A program made the position numbers and the translations under genes. Below, piece after piece: positions 49,729 through 59,662 of a stretch of DNA of 64,000 nucleotides. Below the pieces are notes generated by a model that was not told the origin of the DNA, did no database searches, and saw only the letters and a program-made list of their open reading frames with translations. This DNA comes from a virus. The stretch is taken from positions 1 through 64,000 of IMG/VR virus record IMGVR_UViG_3300045911_000155; one strand, given 5' to 3'. Positions within the stretch are counted from its first letter, which is position 1. Every line of letters begins with the position of its first letter.

Positions 49729-50328
49729 TTGAAAGACTACCCTAGCATCGAAGGCAGTGCCCGCGCGCCGATTGGCAAGCCGTGCATTGCCTTCTACAAA
49801 TACGACGGATCGAATCTCCGGTGGGAATGGTCGCCGAAGCAAGGCTGGCACAAGTTCGGCACCCGGAACCGACTCTTCGACAAAACTGACGCTGTGTTCG
49901 CCCCGGCGATTCCGATCTTCCTCAACACGATGGGCGATGAAATCGTCCGGCGGGTGAAAGATCACGACCGGAACTGTCAGCGCATCACTGCGTTTACCGA
50001 GTATTTCGGTCCCGGATCTTTCGCCGGTCAACACGTGCCGGGTGCTCCGATGGAACTCCGGTTGTTCGATACGTTTCTGTTCAAGAAAGGGTTGATCCCT
50101 CCCCGGCAATTCCTCAAAATGTTCGGCGACCTTCCGTGGGCGGCGGAAGTGGTCTACGAAGGCAACCTGACCAAAGAGTTCATCAAGGATGTTCGCGACG
50201 GCAAATACCCTGTGTGGGAAGGCGTCATCGCGAAGGGCGACGACTTCATGTGCAAGATCAAGACCAATGCTTACTTCGCCAAGTTGAACGAAGTTTACGG
50301 TACCGACTACCGGAAGTATTGGGAGTAG
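49729..50328 (+). CDS. Rnl2-like RNA ligase (nucleotidyltransferase domain only)
   Basis: motif I KYDGSN, III EYFG, IIIa LFD, IV EGVIAK, V KIK. Confidence 0.82.
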   Translation: MKDYPSIEGSARAPIGKPCIAFYKYDGSNLRWEWSPKQGWHKFGTRNRLFDKTDAVFAPAIPIFLNTMGDEIVRRVKDHDRNCQRITAFTEYFGPGSFAGQHVPGAPMELRLFDTFLFKKGLIPPRQFLKMFGDLPWAAEVVYEGNLTKEFIKDVRDGKYPVWEGVIAKGDDFMCKIKTNAYFAKLNEVYGTDYRKYWE

Positions 50329-50376
50329 AATAGAAAGACAATATCAGGGCAGGTGGCCCGGAAAGAAAACACTCGA

Positions 50377-50904
50377 ATGTCAGCAACGGCAATAGCCAAA
50401 TTGAATGAAGCAACAGTGGAAGTAGAATCTTCGCTGTTGGATCAGATCATCCAATCTGAACCCCGGTTCGAAATCCCGGTACAGGTGCGGCAACCGTCGT
50501 ACACCGTCCGTATGTTAGGCCAGCACGCTCACGCCAAATTAGCGGCGAAAAACGTGTGCGGCAACGACAGCCGCGACGGTACGTTCCGGTATGATTTGAA
50601 AGTCACCACGACCGGAGTGAACGAACAGGGCTTCAGCATTGACAGCCGTTTCCCCGACACCATCTATAGCCGCTGGTCCAACGACGTGTTCGTCGCGTCC
50701 TGTGAGCAATTGGCGGGTGGCATCATCGCGGCGGTGCTGGAAGCCTATCCCGAAGTTACCAGCGTGCAATGCACCATCTACAACCGCGTCGGCTCCGTGG
50801 AGGTCGATTGGGTGGTTGGTCAGGAAATGCCCATCGCTCCCCGCAAGGCGACTTGTAAGGAAGTTGCCGATGGACTTCAGTACAAAGACAACTACCGCTG
50901 CTAA
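50377..50904 (+). CDS. QueD/T-fold-like protein (paralog of 56457-56882)
   Basis: KNVCG..FRYDL..QGFSID..ASCEQLAGG. Confidence 0.55.
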   Translation: MSATAIAKLNEATVEVESSLLDQIIQSEPRFEIPVQVRQPSYTVRMLGQHAHAKLAAKNVCGNDSRDGTFRYDLKVTTTGVNEQGFSIDSRFPDTIYSRWSNDVFVASCEQLAGGIIAAVLEAYPEVTSVQCTIYNRVGSVEVDWVVGQEMPIAPRKATCKEVADGLQYKDNYRC

Positions 50905-50913
50905 GCTAATCGT

Positions 50914-51213
50914 ATGAACAAAATCATGATCGTGTTGGGGTTGGTCACGCTCACTGCATGTGGGCCGTCATACGTCGAACCCCATCAAATCGGGACAGTT
51001 AAGTGCTACCAAGTGAAGGGCGGCAACCAAATTGGTTCGTGGGAGAATGCCACCCTTCACTACAGTAACAGTGATGGTCGCGATTCGGTACGGGTGTACC
51101 TGACCAGTCGTGAAAACGACAACGGGCTTACCCGCATTCGCGTATCCGACAATTTGATTGCCCGTTACTACGTGCATGAGGGCGTGTGTACGATTACTCC
51201 GTACAAGGAATAG
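50914..51213 (+). CDS. lipoprotein
   Basis: lipobox LTAC. Confidence 0.7.
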   Translation: MNKIMIVLGLVTLTACGPSYVEPHQIGTVKCYQVKGGNQIGSWENATLHYSNSDGRDSVRVYLTSRENDNGLTRIRVSDNLIARYYVHEGVCTITPYKE

Positions 51214-51462
51214 GAAGACCATGCCCGACGAAAAAATACTAATCCGGCTCACCCGCACGGGCAAAGACTCCTTCGAAGAAGTCTACCCGGCGACGCTGGC
51301 CGAATGGACGCGGCTCACGGGACTGACGGAAGAAGAAACGACACTGGCCGTCGATTGTGATGATCTGGCGGACGAAGAGTTTCTGGAAGAAATCATGTCC
51401 CGTGAGCCGGTGGATGTCAAACTCAGCGAACTGGAAGATATCCCCTACGTCGTCAACATGTT

Positions 51463-52143
51463 TTAGATCAGCTTGTAGAACTCATCGGCGTCGCGGTATG
51501 CGGAGTGTCCGTCGATGAATGGCGTCATATCAATCAACTCCACGTTCGGGACCGGCTTCGTTGCTGGTCCATCATAACCAAGAGCCGGGCTGGTCCAGTT
51601 GTACGGCACCAACCGATAGGACCACTTCAAAACACTGTCCCGGCGGCTGTACATCAGCTTCCCTTTGTGCCCATCAATGTGAGTCGCATACTTTCCCGTC
51701 AGGACGCCGTTGTCAACCGCTGGCGCGGCCATGATGTACTCTTGGATCGTTCCCGGCGGAATGTGCATCAGCGCTTCCAGCATGACCTTGTTGCCAAGGC
51801 TGTGGGCTTCGAGCACCACGGTGTTTCCCCGTTGGTGGAGCATTCGAACCAGTTGCACCAGATAGGATGAGGCTTGCGGGGCGCGCCGGTCAGCGGCGAT
51901 GTATCCAATCGAATACGACCACGATCCCGGCCAGAAGAAACCTACCATTGCGTCGAACTCCGGGCGCTTTCGCTGTAAGTTGGTTTCGATAGTCTTGTAG
52001 GCGATCAACGTCTTCGAATACTCTGATTTGTACCCGTGGACGGCCACAAAGACCTTTTGATTGGATGGAAGATCACCGACCAACAGTTTGTCGGAAAACT
52101 CAGTGGAAGAGCGGAAATCCTTGCGGCAAGATGCTTCGAACAT
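51463..52143 (-). CDS. alpha/beta hydrolase (DUF900-like)
   Basis: VHGY, F.WPG, AHSLG nucleophile elbow, D, GHS.Y. Confidence 0.85.
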   Translation of the reverse strand: MFEASCRKDFRSSTEFSDKLLVGDLPSNQKVFVAVHGYKSEYSKTLIAYKTIETNLQRKRPEFDAMVGFFWPGSWSYSIGYIAADRRAPQASSYLVQLVRMLHQRGNTVVLEAHSLGNKVMLEALMHIPPGTIQEYIMAAPAVDNGVLTGKYATHIDGHKGKLMYSRRDSVLKWSYRLVPYNWTSPALGYDGPATKPVPNVELIDMTPFIDGHSAYRDADEFYKLI

Positions 52144-52215
52144 ACTAGTACTTAGTCCTAAAAAGCAAAACAGGCCGGACCCGAAGGCCCGGCCTGAACT
52201 GTTCGAAGATTTCGA

Positions 52216-53232
52216 TTAGTTGGATTCCGCGTAATCGATGCTGTCTTCGTTGCGTGCGCGGAAGTAACTGCGGATGTCGTCCCGGAGTTTGGTGCTCCGT
52301 TCGGTCAATTGATACAGTCCTTGCGTGTCACGCTTCAGATCGTAATGCGGGTTGTAGTTGTTCTCCACCAGAATCTTACCGCGATCCCGGTATTGCCGAT
52401 CAGCCTTGCGGCCATGCCAGTGGTGAATAATCATCCCCGGAACGTAGCCAACGTTGCGTTTGATGTGCTTCACGCAACGGTCGCCCCAAATGCGCATCTG
52501 TTCCTTGTAAGGTTCGCCAAGACGCTGGTCGATTGACCGTTCCATCTGGTCCACAAGGCCCATTGCCATGTTGTGATCGGCGGAACCAAGGATGCACACA
52601 TCCAGCAATCCGCCGGTCTTGTCCAGCGCCGAACGACGCGCCGCCCATGCATAACCGGGGTGCGCAAAGTCCGCGCCGTAGCCATACGGCACATAGCCGC
52701 CGCTCTTGGCTTGGTTCGGCAAGTCATTGCAGTAAGCGTACAGGAAGCCGACATGCGGCGATCCAATCGGCTCGAACTTCGGCCCAACGTCCTGTGCGTG
52801 ACTGAACATCTGAACGAAGTCATAGTGCTGCAACACTTGGATGGTTTCGTAGGCCCAATCAGACCGGACGAACGTAATGTCCGCATCAACCCACGCGAAA
52901 TACTCCGCGTTGGGTTCTTCGGAACAGATATGGTTCATCAGGAGATTCAGCGCGTTTTCTTTGTGCCAAATCTCATACGGGGTTCGCAGTTGCAGATGGT
53001 AGTCATTGTCTTCCTCTGTTACTACGAACGGGCGGTTTCCATAGGCCATTTCGACGGTCCACAGCTTGACATGGGGACCGTCGGTTTGCGATTGAAATGC
53101 TTCGAAGAGCTTATAGCGGCTGGCATAGCGAACCGGGTTGCTAACCACCGTGCAAACGTGTAGGGTAGCTTCACCAGACAGTTGCGTTCCATGCGGGCGC
53201 TTGAATTGTGGGTTTGTCGGATTGTAGAGCAC
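52216..53232 (-). CDS. GT-A fold glycosyltransferase
   Basis: WHKEN.LN, WVDAD (DxD), G.AWA.RR, GSAD, HHWHG. Confidence 0.8.
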   Translation of the reverse strand: MLYNPTNPQFKRPHGTQLSGEATLHVCTVVSNPVRYASRYKLFEAFQSQTDGPHVKLWTVEMAYGNRPFVVTEEDNDYHLQLRTPYEIWHKENALNLLMNHICSEEPNAEYFAWVDADITFVRSDWAYETIQVLQHYDFVQMFSHAQDVGPKFEPIGSPHVGFLYAYCNDLPNQAKSGGYVPYGYGADFAHPGYAWAARRSALDKTGGLLDVCILGSADHNMAMGLVDQMERSIDQRLGEPYKEQMRIWGDRCVKHIKRNVGYVPGMIIHHWHGRKADRQYRDRGKILVENNYNPHYDLKRDTQGLYQLTERSTKLRDDIRSYFRARNEDSIDYAESN

Positions 53233-54019
53233 GATGAATATCTAGCACTCTGGAAAACTCTGGAATCTAGCCCAAGAGAGAAAAATTGAACTTTTTGCAC
53301 CGCCGGGAACGGAAAACGAGAATCGGGGTTGACATATATGTGTCGCTGTGCGATACTGGTTTTGGAGAGACACGATGTCAGGAAATCAAATCACCAAGAA
53401 ATTGACCGCCGCCGGGATCGACCCAAAAAACATCCTCGAAGTCAGCAAAGATGAAGTTGAAGTGGGAGTCAAGTCCGTCCACGGCGATTACTGCGAATAC
53501 ACTGAATCTGAAGAACTTGCCGACCGTGTACTAGCCATTCTTGGCTGGAAGCAAGGCTTCAAGACCGGTTACAATTCGTGGATTCTCGAAGGACACAACC
53601 GTGGAGCGCAAGCCCGGTTGGTGAACTCGATGGACCAGTTCGGCGCGGGAGCGTTCGATGTCGATGCTTAACCAGACAGATGGATACAAAGTCGCTCACG
53701 AAGTTTACCCTTCCGTGGTCGCCACAGAACACGCCGTCCCGTCAATCCCTGTGGATCGGCTGGAAAACATCGGTTTCCGGGGCGCGGCCATCCGGCCCGA
53801 CTCCGGGGACTGCCGGTGCATGTGCTGCCCCAAGGAAATCCCGGCCAACGGATTCGGATTCGCCGCCCACATGAACATGCATGTGCGCCGGGGCGAAGCG
53901 ACCAAGACCTACAACGAACAATACGGGTGCTATGACTACCGCCCGGTGAAAAATTCTTCGACGAACGCTTGACATATATGTCGTCGTTTGGTACTCTGAG
54001 TATGGAGAGACGACACGAT

Positions 54020-54592
54020 ATGAAAAAGACACCGAAAGTTACGACAGCGACCCCGACCGCCATCAAAGCGATGGCCGTGAAGACCGGTCAGCTTGCTGAG
54101 ACTCATGAGAGAATGTTCGCCGCCGTTGAAGCGATCATGAAGGCGCACGCCAACCGCGATGCGATCCTTGAAGCCGCCAACGAAGATGGCCGTCCGGGTG
54201 ACGAATCTGACATCACCGCGACCGTATTCCGGTTGAAAGAGGAAGTGGATTTCCTTCGCCAGCTTGCTGACGGTTTCGACAACTATGCCATCGAAATGGT
54301 AATGGACGATTGGACACCACCCACCCGCGTGGTCACGTGGGATCACGTCAGAGCGTTCTTGCCGACGCTGATGGCGGCGGAAGCACAATTGAGCGTCGAT
54401 CTGGACGCGGCACAGACTGCGAAAGATGTGGAAGCCGCCTTCGCTAAGCTGAAAGCCGTCACCATCGAAGCGATTACAGCTATGTGGAAGGACACCGACG
54501 ACCGGAATTCCTTGGACAAGCTGATGATTTTTCAGGACTCCATTTCGTTCAGCAAAATCTTACGCCGGGACTTCATGGGAGAAAAGATATGA
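54020..54592 (+). CDS. early hypothetical protein
   Basis: cassette promoter at 53969 and SD. Confidence 0.7.
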   Translation: MKKTPKVTTATPTAIKAMAVKTGQLAETHERMFAAVEAIMKAHANRDAILEAANEDGRPGDESDITATVFRLKEEVDFLRQLADGFDNYAIEMVMDDWTPPTRVVTWDHVRAFLPTLMAAEAQLSVDLDAAQTAKDVEAAFAKLKAVTIEAITAMWKDTDDRNSLDKLMIFQDSISFSKILRRDFMGEKI

Positions 54593-55121
54593 CACCAGCC
54601 GAAATGCCAATCGAACAGCGCCGGGCGAATGCCGCCAAGTTTGGCAAGGCCGTCGCGCGCAAGTATGGGTTGACCGGGCCGCAAATCGGCATCCTTCGGG
54701 ACGCCGCCCGCAAGTGGGTGGGATACAGTTCCAAACCCGCATGTGGTCCACCGGAGCCGCACGATGGACAGGTAAACACCTTCAATGTCCGTCAGGACAG
54801 CATCGACGCCTTGATGCAAAAGGGCTAAATCGCCAAGGTCTATCTGTATTCCGATGAAGACCGCGCCGCCCGCGCCAAGCGCGCGGAAGACATCAAGCTG
54901 GCCGCGTTCAAACTGGCGCGAAATCACGGTCAGAACGACCTGATCGACGTGGAAACGGACACGGTGACCGCCAAAGGGTTGGTTTGCTGGAAGCTGGTCA
55001 TGAAGGATCTGCAAGTCGTGGAATCGATCCTGAAGGGCAACGAAGAGAAGGTGATCCGTATCACGGAAGCGGGCCGGGCCGTCGCGGTTGAATTCAAGTT
55101 CGCCATCGGAGCGGAGGAAGA

Positions 55122-55508
55122 ATGACGGACGGGCACATCTGTGCCAAATGCAACGAAACCGGCACGACAGAAAACGAGTATTCGAATTGCCCGCGCGGTG
55201 GCATGCATGACTTCCGCACGCCGGAAGAGTGTATGGTCGTTCGTGTGTCCATGCTCAAGCACTATCGGAAGTATGGGCCGAAAGCGGACGCCGACTTCCT
55301 TGCCACCCTTGTCGGGCCGAAGATCGCGCGCAAGCGTGGCCGCGCCCGCAAGCACACGCGCGCGGAGATTGAACACATGCGGGATTTGTATTTCCGCAAG
55401 GATGAAAACTGGTCCATCGGCGACATCGCCCGGTTCTTCCGAACGTCAAGTTCCCTAGTGAACAAGGCGGTCGATGGTACACTGAAAGGCAAAGACGACC
55501 CGGAATGA
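55122..55508 (+). CDS. HTH DNA-binding protein with N-terminal Cys motif
   Basis: TRAEIEHMR.LY..WSIGDIARFFRTSSSLVNKAV. Confidence 0.65.
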   Translation: MTDGHICAKCNETGTTENEYSNCPRGGMHDFRTPEECMVVRVSMLKHYRKYGPKADADFLATLVGPKIARKRGRARKHTRAEIEHMRDLYFRKDENWSIGDIARFFRTSSSLVNKAVDGTLKGKDDPE

Positions 55509-55921
55509 GACTCTACTGTTTCGCAAACATGTACACGGCGGGAATACACGCCGGAATCCAATCGCTTCACGCTACGTCGGCGATGTGGCGGCGGTACTTC
55601 CGCGACCCGGATTCCGAACAGGCGCAAACCCTGTGTGAGTGGGAAGACAACCACAAGACCGTGGTCGTGCTCAACGGTGGCTATCAGAGTGCCTTGCTCG
55701 AACTCGAAGCGCTGTTGCAATCGCCGGACAATCCGTTCCCGTGGTGTTCGTTCAACGAATCGATTGAAGCGTTGAATGGCGCGCTGACGGCGGTTTGTAT
55801 CGTGCTCCCGGAGAAGCTGTACGACCGCGATCTGATGGTCGCCGGGACGAAGCCGGAATCGTTCACGGATTGGGAATGGGCGATGTACCTGTGGCGGGAG
55901 AAATGTCCCCAAGCCCGCTGA
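55505..55921 (+). CDS. PTH2-like peptidyl-tRNA hydrolase
   Basis: GIQSLHA..W...HKTVVVL..F.E..LTAV. Confidence 0.7.
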   Translation: MRLYCFANMYTAGIHAGIQSLHATSAMWRRYFRDPDSEQAQTLCEWEDNHKTVVVLNGGYQSALLELEALLQSPDNPFPWCSFNESIEALNGALTAVCIVLPEKLYDRDLMVAGTKPESFTDWEWAMYLWREKCPQAR

Positions 55922-56460
55922 TCTTCCCCGGCATCGTTTACTTCGACATGGACATGGTTTTGGCGGACGCCGAAGGGGAATACTTTCGGATCACCGGTGA
56001 AGCCTATGACCACACGAACCCGTGGCCGGATGCAAAGCGGGAAGCCTTCTATCAACAGCACGGGACCTTTTTCCGCGATCTGAAGTGGATCAAAGGGTCC
56101 CGGCTGTTGCTGGACTACGTGTCCGCCTATCTCCGCACGGGCATCTGTAGTAGCGTGTCCAAGCACCTTCCCGAACGGTGCAAGGAACACAAGCTGGATT
56201 GGTTGTCGGATCACGGAGTATTGGCGCGGCTTGACCCGGTTGTCATCACGCCGCCGCGCGCCAATAAAGGCGAACATGCCAAGCCGGGCGACATTCTACT
56301 TGACGACTACATCGTCAACGTGAATCGCTGGCGTAAGGCGGGCGGTATCGGTATCCAGTTCCAGAACGCGCTACAAGCGTTCGACGAACTTCATCAACAC
56401 ATCCCGGCGGGACCGAACAAAGAGGAAATTCGCCGCCTGATCGAAAAGGAACTTGTATGA
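55918..56460 (+). CDS. HAD 5'(3')-deoxyribonucleotidase (start uncertain)
   Basis: YFDMDMVLAD, K..WL, K..A..DILLDD..NV..W..AGGIGI. Confidence 0.85.
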   Translation: MIFPGIVYFDMDMVLADAEGEYFRITGEAYDHTNPWPDAKREAFYQQHGTFFRDLKWIKGSRLLLDYVSAYLRTGICSSVSKHLPERCKEHKLDWLSDHGVLARLDPVVITPPRANKGEHAKPGDILLDDYIVNVNRWRKAGGIGIQFQNALQAFDELHQHIPAGPNKEEIRRLIEKELV

Positions 56461-56882
56461 AGAAAATGCCTCAGTACACATTGGTCTTGGAAGGCCAGCG
56501 CGCCTACGCCATCTTGCTGGACAAGAACATCTGTGGCGGTGCGGCGGATGGATCGTTCAAATACGATCTGGAAATCACCGCGTCGAAGTTGGATGCCCAA
56601 GGGTTCGTCATCGACAACGTGGTTCGTGAATTGATCGCAAAGGAATGGAACGACACCACCTACATCGCGTCGTGTGAGCAATTGGCCGGTGGGCTGGTGA
56701 ACTACATTCGGGCCGATATGGGCACGCGGTTGGCGTCCGTGGTCGCGCGGGTCTACAACAAGACCGGCTACGCCGAAATCGTCTGGACCAAAGGGCAAGA
56801 GGCTCCGGTCGGGCCGCGCAAGGCCACTCAGAAGGAAAAGAACGCCGAACGGAACACCTACCGGACCAAATCCGCGTGTTAG
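56457..56882 (+). CDS. QueD/T-fold-like protein (paralog of 50377-50904)
   Basis: KNICG..FKYDL..QGFVID..ASCEQLAGG. Confidence 0.55.
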   Translation: MKKMPQYTLVLEGQRAYAILLDKNICGGAADGSFKYDLEITASKLDAQGFVIDNVVRELIAKEWNDTTYIASCEQLAGGLVNYIRADMGTRLASVVARVYNKTGYAEIVWTKGQEAPVGPRKATQKEKNAERNTYRTKSAC

Positions 56883-56928
56883 TATGGGTTCAGGGGTATG
56901 GTACAATGCCCCTGAAAGGAACACCCCC

Positions 56929-57180
56929 ATGCAAGACCGTACCTTGGACCTGACCGAAGAAGCCATCGCCGCCCGTGCCTACGAAATTTGGGAAGAGCGG
57001 GGACGCCCCGAAGGTCAGTCCGAAGCCCACTGGTTTGAAGCAATTCAAGACCTGTCCACAACCATCGTCATCGATCTGACCAAAGAAACTGAAATGCCGA
57101 TTGTGCGCGAAGTGGAACGCACGATGGCTGTAGGTCAGACTGACCCGACGTTTTCCGATGGCACCGTCATCAGCGAATAG
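56929..57180 (+). CDS. DUF2934 domain protein
   Basis: IAARAYEIWEERGRPEG...HW..A. Confidence 0.85.
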   Translation: MQDRTLDLTEEAIAARAYEIWEERGRPEGQSEAHWFEAIQDLSTTIVIDLTKETEMPIVREVERTMAVGQTDPTFSDGTVISE

Positions 57181-57228
57181 TCGATACCCACCTAAAAAGA
57201 TCCGGCCCGGCTTCGTCGCCGGGCCTTT

Positions 57229-58125
57229 CTATTTGCCGGACACCGTTTCCAGTGTCCGGGCAATGACCTTCAGTTCTTTCTTGTTGGCCGTCTTCCGGCG
57301 AACCACGATGGGTTCGGCCAGCTTGTCCGGTACGTCGCGATAGCGGATCACGTGACGCATGCCGGGTTCCACCAGATTGAAGCGGCGACGGGTCCATTGA
57401 TCGCTATTCTCATAGGTGTGGACCTTGTACACTTCGTCCGGCGAATGGTACTGATATTCGACCACCGTCCAGACGTAGAAGACCGTCAGCGGGTTCCCGT
57501 GCTGGCACACCATCGGGGCCGGGCTACGGTACTGCTCATACCGGGGCCGCTCATCCCATTTCGGATGATTGCACCGGCACGACGATTTCATGCGCTTCTC
57601 CCGGACGAAAAACGTGCTCCCGTACCACAGAAGGCGATCCGGGTCCGCCGTCTTCCGGTTGTCCCGCTTCCGCCACGTCGTCGAAGAATTGTGGTGGTCG
57701 AGAATGCCGGTTTCCGGGTTGATGTATAGGCCGTCCACTTCCACCCACCGGCTATAGTTCCGGTAGTAAGGGACACCGCCCGACATCTCCACGTGGCGCT
57801 CGACGTGCTGATAAAGGTGCTGCATGACGTGCAGACCGATAGCGCTACGGGTATCGATGTTGGCGCGGATTTCGCTGTAAACCTCATCCCACGGGCGACC
57901 GGCGGACGCATCCAAATACCGGTACAGCGGGCTGAGATTTTCGTTCAGTTCTTTTGATTCCCACCCGTACATCCGCCGCCGACCGTTCGGCAAGAATTGG
58001 GGACCGGAATCGTAATCATCATCATAGTCAACGTGCGGGTCCAACCGTTTGCCGGTCTTCATCGACAGGCTACGGCTCCCGATCCGCTGACGTTCGCAGA
58101 TCAATTTGTCCATGTCAGGACGCAT
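57229..58125 (-). CDS. conserved hypothetical basic protein
   Basis: MR.DM.K...ER.R, K.LNENL.PL.RYL...GRPWD.VYSEI; AGGAGG SD. Confidence 0.8.
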   Translation of the reverse strand: MRPDMDKLICERQRIGSRSLSMKTGKRLDPHVDYDDDYDSGPQFLPNGRRRMYGWESKELNENLSPLYRYLDASAGRPWDEVYSEIRANIDTRSAIGLHVMQHLYQHVERHVEMSGGVPYYRNYSRWVEVDGLYINPETGILDHHNSSTTWRKRDNRKTADPDRLLWYGSTFFVREKRMKSSCRCNHPKWDERPRYEQYRSPAPMVCQHGNPLTVFYVWTVVEYQYHSPDEVYKVHTYENSDQWTRRRFNLVEPGMRHVIRYRDVPDKLAEPIVVRRKTANKKELKVIARTLETVSGK

Positions 58126-58138
58126 GTAGTGTTACCTC

Positions 58139-58159
58139 CTACCTAAACCCTGTTTGCAT
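58139..58159 (-). promoter_or_regulatory. 6-codon leader ORF MQTGFR
   Basis: own AGGAGG SD; AGG-TAG end overlaps second AGGAGG; 12-nt direct repeat. Confidence 0.6.
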
Positions 58160-58235
58160 GGTGTTACCTCCTGTCATAGAAATGGTGTGCGGTCGGCGCA
58201 CGTTTGTAATTATACCCTACTCGTTTTCCATTGTC

Positions 58236-59123
58236 ATGTATTCTGAGAGGGTGATCGATCTGAACCGCGCCACAGGCGCATTACTAGGGCTGGCCGTTGG
58301 TGACGCTGTGGGAGCCACCAACGAATTCACAATGGCACCGGCACCCATCAATGACATGGTGGGCGGCGGGCCGTTCGATTTGGCTCCCGGCGAATGGACA
58401 GATGACACATCGATGGCATTGTGTTTGGCCGATAGCCTGATCGCCAAGCGGGGATTTGACGGCGCGGACCAGATTGCCCGTTACATCCGCTGGTGGAAGG
58501 AAGGGTACAACAGCGTTTTAGGGTATTGCTTCGACATCGGCAACACCACCCGCGCGGCCCTACAGCGGCATTTGGACACCGGGGTAGTGTATGCGGGTAG
58601 TAACGACCCGGAAGCGTCCGGGAACGGTTCTCTGATGCGGCTGGCACCCATCCCCATCTTCTTCGCCAATAGTGTGATGGCGACAACCGGGATGGCTGTA
58701 GCGTCGTCGATTGTGACACACGCGGCGAAGGATTGCACCGATTCCTGTTTCCAATACGCTTTGATGATTCGCCGGGCACTCTTAGGAAAGACCAAAGAAG
58801 AGGTATTTGAAAACATCAAGGTCGTGGCGCGGGAAGATGTTGTTCCATCCGGCTATGTTGTGGAAAGCATGGAAGCCGCGCTATACTGCTTTGCAAACAC
58901 CGACAATTTCCGGGACGGCTGTCTCATGGCCGCGAACCTTGGCGGCGATTCAGACACCATTGCGGCGATCTACGGCCAGCTTGCCGGGGCCTTCTATGGC
59001 GAATCCGGCATCCCGGCGGAATGGCTGGCGAAACTGTCGTGGTGTGATGACATCCGGCAAAAGGCCATTCAATTGGTAGAAGTGGGTCAAACCTATGAAG
59101 AAAACAAGAATTCAACAGTATGA
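58236..59123 (+). CDS. ADP-ribosylglycohydrolase (DraG/ARH family)
   Basis: GLAVGDAVG, WTDDTSMA, DIG.TT, GNGSLMR, THA, GGDSDT. Confidence 0.93.
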   Translation: MYSERVIDLNRATGALLGLAVGDAVGATNEFTMAPAPINDMVGGGPFDLAPGEWTDDTSMALCLADSLIAKRGFDGADQIARYIRWWKEGYNSVLGYCFDIGNTTRAALQRHLDTGVVYAGSNDPEASGNGSLMRLAPIPIFFANSVMATTGMAVASSIVTHAAKDCTDSCFQYALMIRRALLGKTKEEVFENIKVVAREDVVPSGYVVESMEAALYCFANTDNFRDGCLMAANLGGDSDTIAAIYGQLAGAFYGESGIPAEWLAKLSWCDDIRQKAIQLVEVGQTYEENKNSTV

Positions 59124-59662
59124 TCGTCTCAAGACGTTGACCCTTGAAGAAGGGTTTGCCTTGATCCGCGCCGGGGAAGAGAACACGCGGGTGATGATCG
59201 ACGGGGCCTTGGTCAGTCGCCGGTCCACACGATTGCTCACATTCTTGACCTACGGGCCGAAGTGTTCACACCCGGATTGTGTCTACGTGGGAACGTTCTT
59301 TGCCGTCGAGCGCAATGCATCAGACGCGGGGAAAGATCCTGTCGCTAAGCCCTACCACATGAACCTGTGGGGCATCACTGAAGACGGCACGGAAGTCTTG
59401 TTCACGCACGACCACGTGCGCGCGGAGTCACGGTGGCGGGGATGAGATTGGGAATTGCCGGACGATGTGTTGCTGGCACAATTGGGGCAAGTCGAAGGAA
59501 GAAGCGCGGCTCCTGAACAAGCTGAAGGCAATGGCGGGGATTTCCACCGACCGACCCAACGATGGACTGAGCAAGAAACAGCGGCGGCGGTTAAAGCGGG
59601 CGGCGGCTCACGCTGAGTTCGTGGCGGCGGTCGCGGAGAAGGTCCAGACGGTCGGCGCTTAA
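59095..59662 (+). CDS. HNH-like protein, frameshifted near 59430
   Basis: THDHV..S.GG.D...N..TMC..HN..KS across two frames. Confidence 0.65.

Noticed and set aside
9340-59440. Many frameshifts (about 9345, 11500, 14830, 15840, 36260, 36880, 46612, 48130, 54828, 59430) as programmed frameshifting or phase variation
   Set aside because: No shared slippery motif; they hit unrelated genes and look like single-base deletions typical of long-read consensus error. Needs a read check.
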